From Podarcis pityusensis (lineage: Eukaryota), in assembly GCA_964106645.2 (NCBI GenBank), contig OZ067040.1: DNA of 64,000 bases; one strand, 5' to 3'. Positions 62,816 through 64,000 of this stretch are shown piece by piece. The notes beneath the pieces are model-generated. The model did no database searches and had not been told where the DNA came from. It saw only the letters and a program-made list of their open reading frames with translations. The translations under genes were made by a program, and so were the position numbers. Numbering within the stretch: the first letter of the stretch is position 1; each line of letters opens with the position of its first letter.

Positions 62816-64000
62816 TAATCATCATTTGTCTTGGGCTAGCTTTGTGTGCAGACACTTAAAATGTGCTCTTATCTGGTGCTCTGCCAAATCTAATTCTGTT
62901 TTCTAGTATATAAAACCTAAGAACCATTGGATGGTATGCAACTAAGTTTTACCCAAAGTAAACCCACTGAAATTAATTGACCTGACTTTGTAATGTTCAT
63001 TAATTTCAATGGGTCTAATCAGAGTAAAACTTATTTTGATACCACATTCCATGAATAAGCTGTAGATTGAGAAAGGATTTCAAGATGACAATGTTCAGCA
63101 AAACACAAGTTGTCCTATAATACAAATGTCTCAACGCCTCAAGAGATTATTGCTTTTTATAGAGCCATTGAGTCAGACACTATTCAAACAGAGATAGAAA
63201 CATTGCTAGAAATACTCTCAATTGTTCTATCAAACAATATTTTCATATTATGTAAGTGAAATAGAAAGTGTAGGCCTCACTTCCAAGGGTGCAGAGGACT
63301 GCAGTTTAAGATGCAATTCTAGACATATCCAATACAGCACTAAGCTTGAACTGGACTTGGTAGAATTTACTTAAGTAAACATGCACATGATAAAGTTGTT
63401 TACTATTCTTTATCTTGTGCTGCAGCATATGAATTTGAAATTTTCTAAAACACCAACAATCAGCAGCTTCACTGCCCAGTACTATCACTTTTCAAACCAA
63501 GGATTAGTTTCGCATAGCCACTTTGTCTTCTGGAAATACCTCCATAATCCCTCTATAAACTTGTCTGTGCAACAGTTCACTACTTTTCCATGAGCAATGC
63601 AAATGTGCCAAAGTAACTGTAGACTGTCCCAGAATAACTTCTCACAGCTTTTTAAAGTTTCATTGTTCTTAATAAAGTCATTTTGATTGTGCATGAAGCT
63701 CTAAAGTGAAAGCTTACGAAATTACCTACAACCTCAAACAATGGCTTATCATCTTGTTAGAATACACATGCCCTTAAATTATCATTTGGTAACAATTTTC
63801 AAACATATTCCTTATCAGTTTCCATTATTTTACCAATAAAACTCAAGATTGACTTGGGACTCCAAATATACCCCGCAGACGGGAGGCATCAAGATTGCAG
63901 CTGCCAACCAACATCTGCAGACATACTAAGCGATACAAGGTGGAAAATTCCACCACTTTCCAAAAGTAGTGTTACACAATTAGCATATCTCATATCTCCC

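Overview
Vertebrate nuclear DNA from a squamate reptile, probably a lacertid lizard, judging from the Sauria/Squam SINEs, BovB and young L2 LINEs. The gene order matches the block at human 1q44. It contains the last 10 coding exons of CATSPERE (+, 672-19861), complete DESI2 (+, 23863-32009, 193 aa) and complete COX20 (+, 44774-48868, 116 aa). It also contains the last 11 coding exons and 3' UTR of HNRNPU (-, 62174-54041). All exon chains were read by hand and keep frame. Introns and intergenic DNA carry many Tc1/mariner-type MITEs (TA TSD), hAT elements (8-bp TSD), L2/RTE LINE fragments and SINEs, and there are two N gaps. Four observations stand out. (1) A gene-like 132-aa ORF lies between DESI2 and COX20, with splice signals, a spliced uORF joined by a TAATG stop/start overlap, and a polyA signal. 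(2) The HNRNPU 3' UTR contains a cassette-exon splice architecture, a candidate NMD autoregulation switch. (3) A young MITE family carries tandem arrays of perfect hairpins capped by C(GAA)G loops. (4) There are three GC-AG introns and a GAG acceptor among 26 coding introns. Homology calls come from remembered protein sequences, not database searches.
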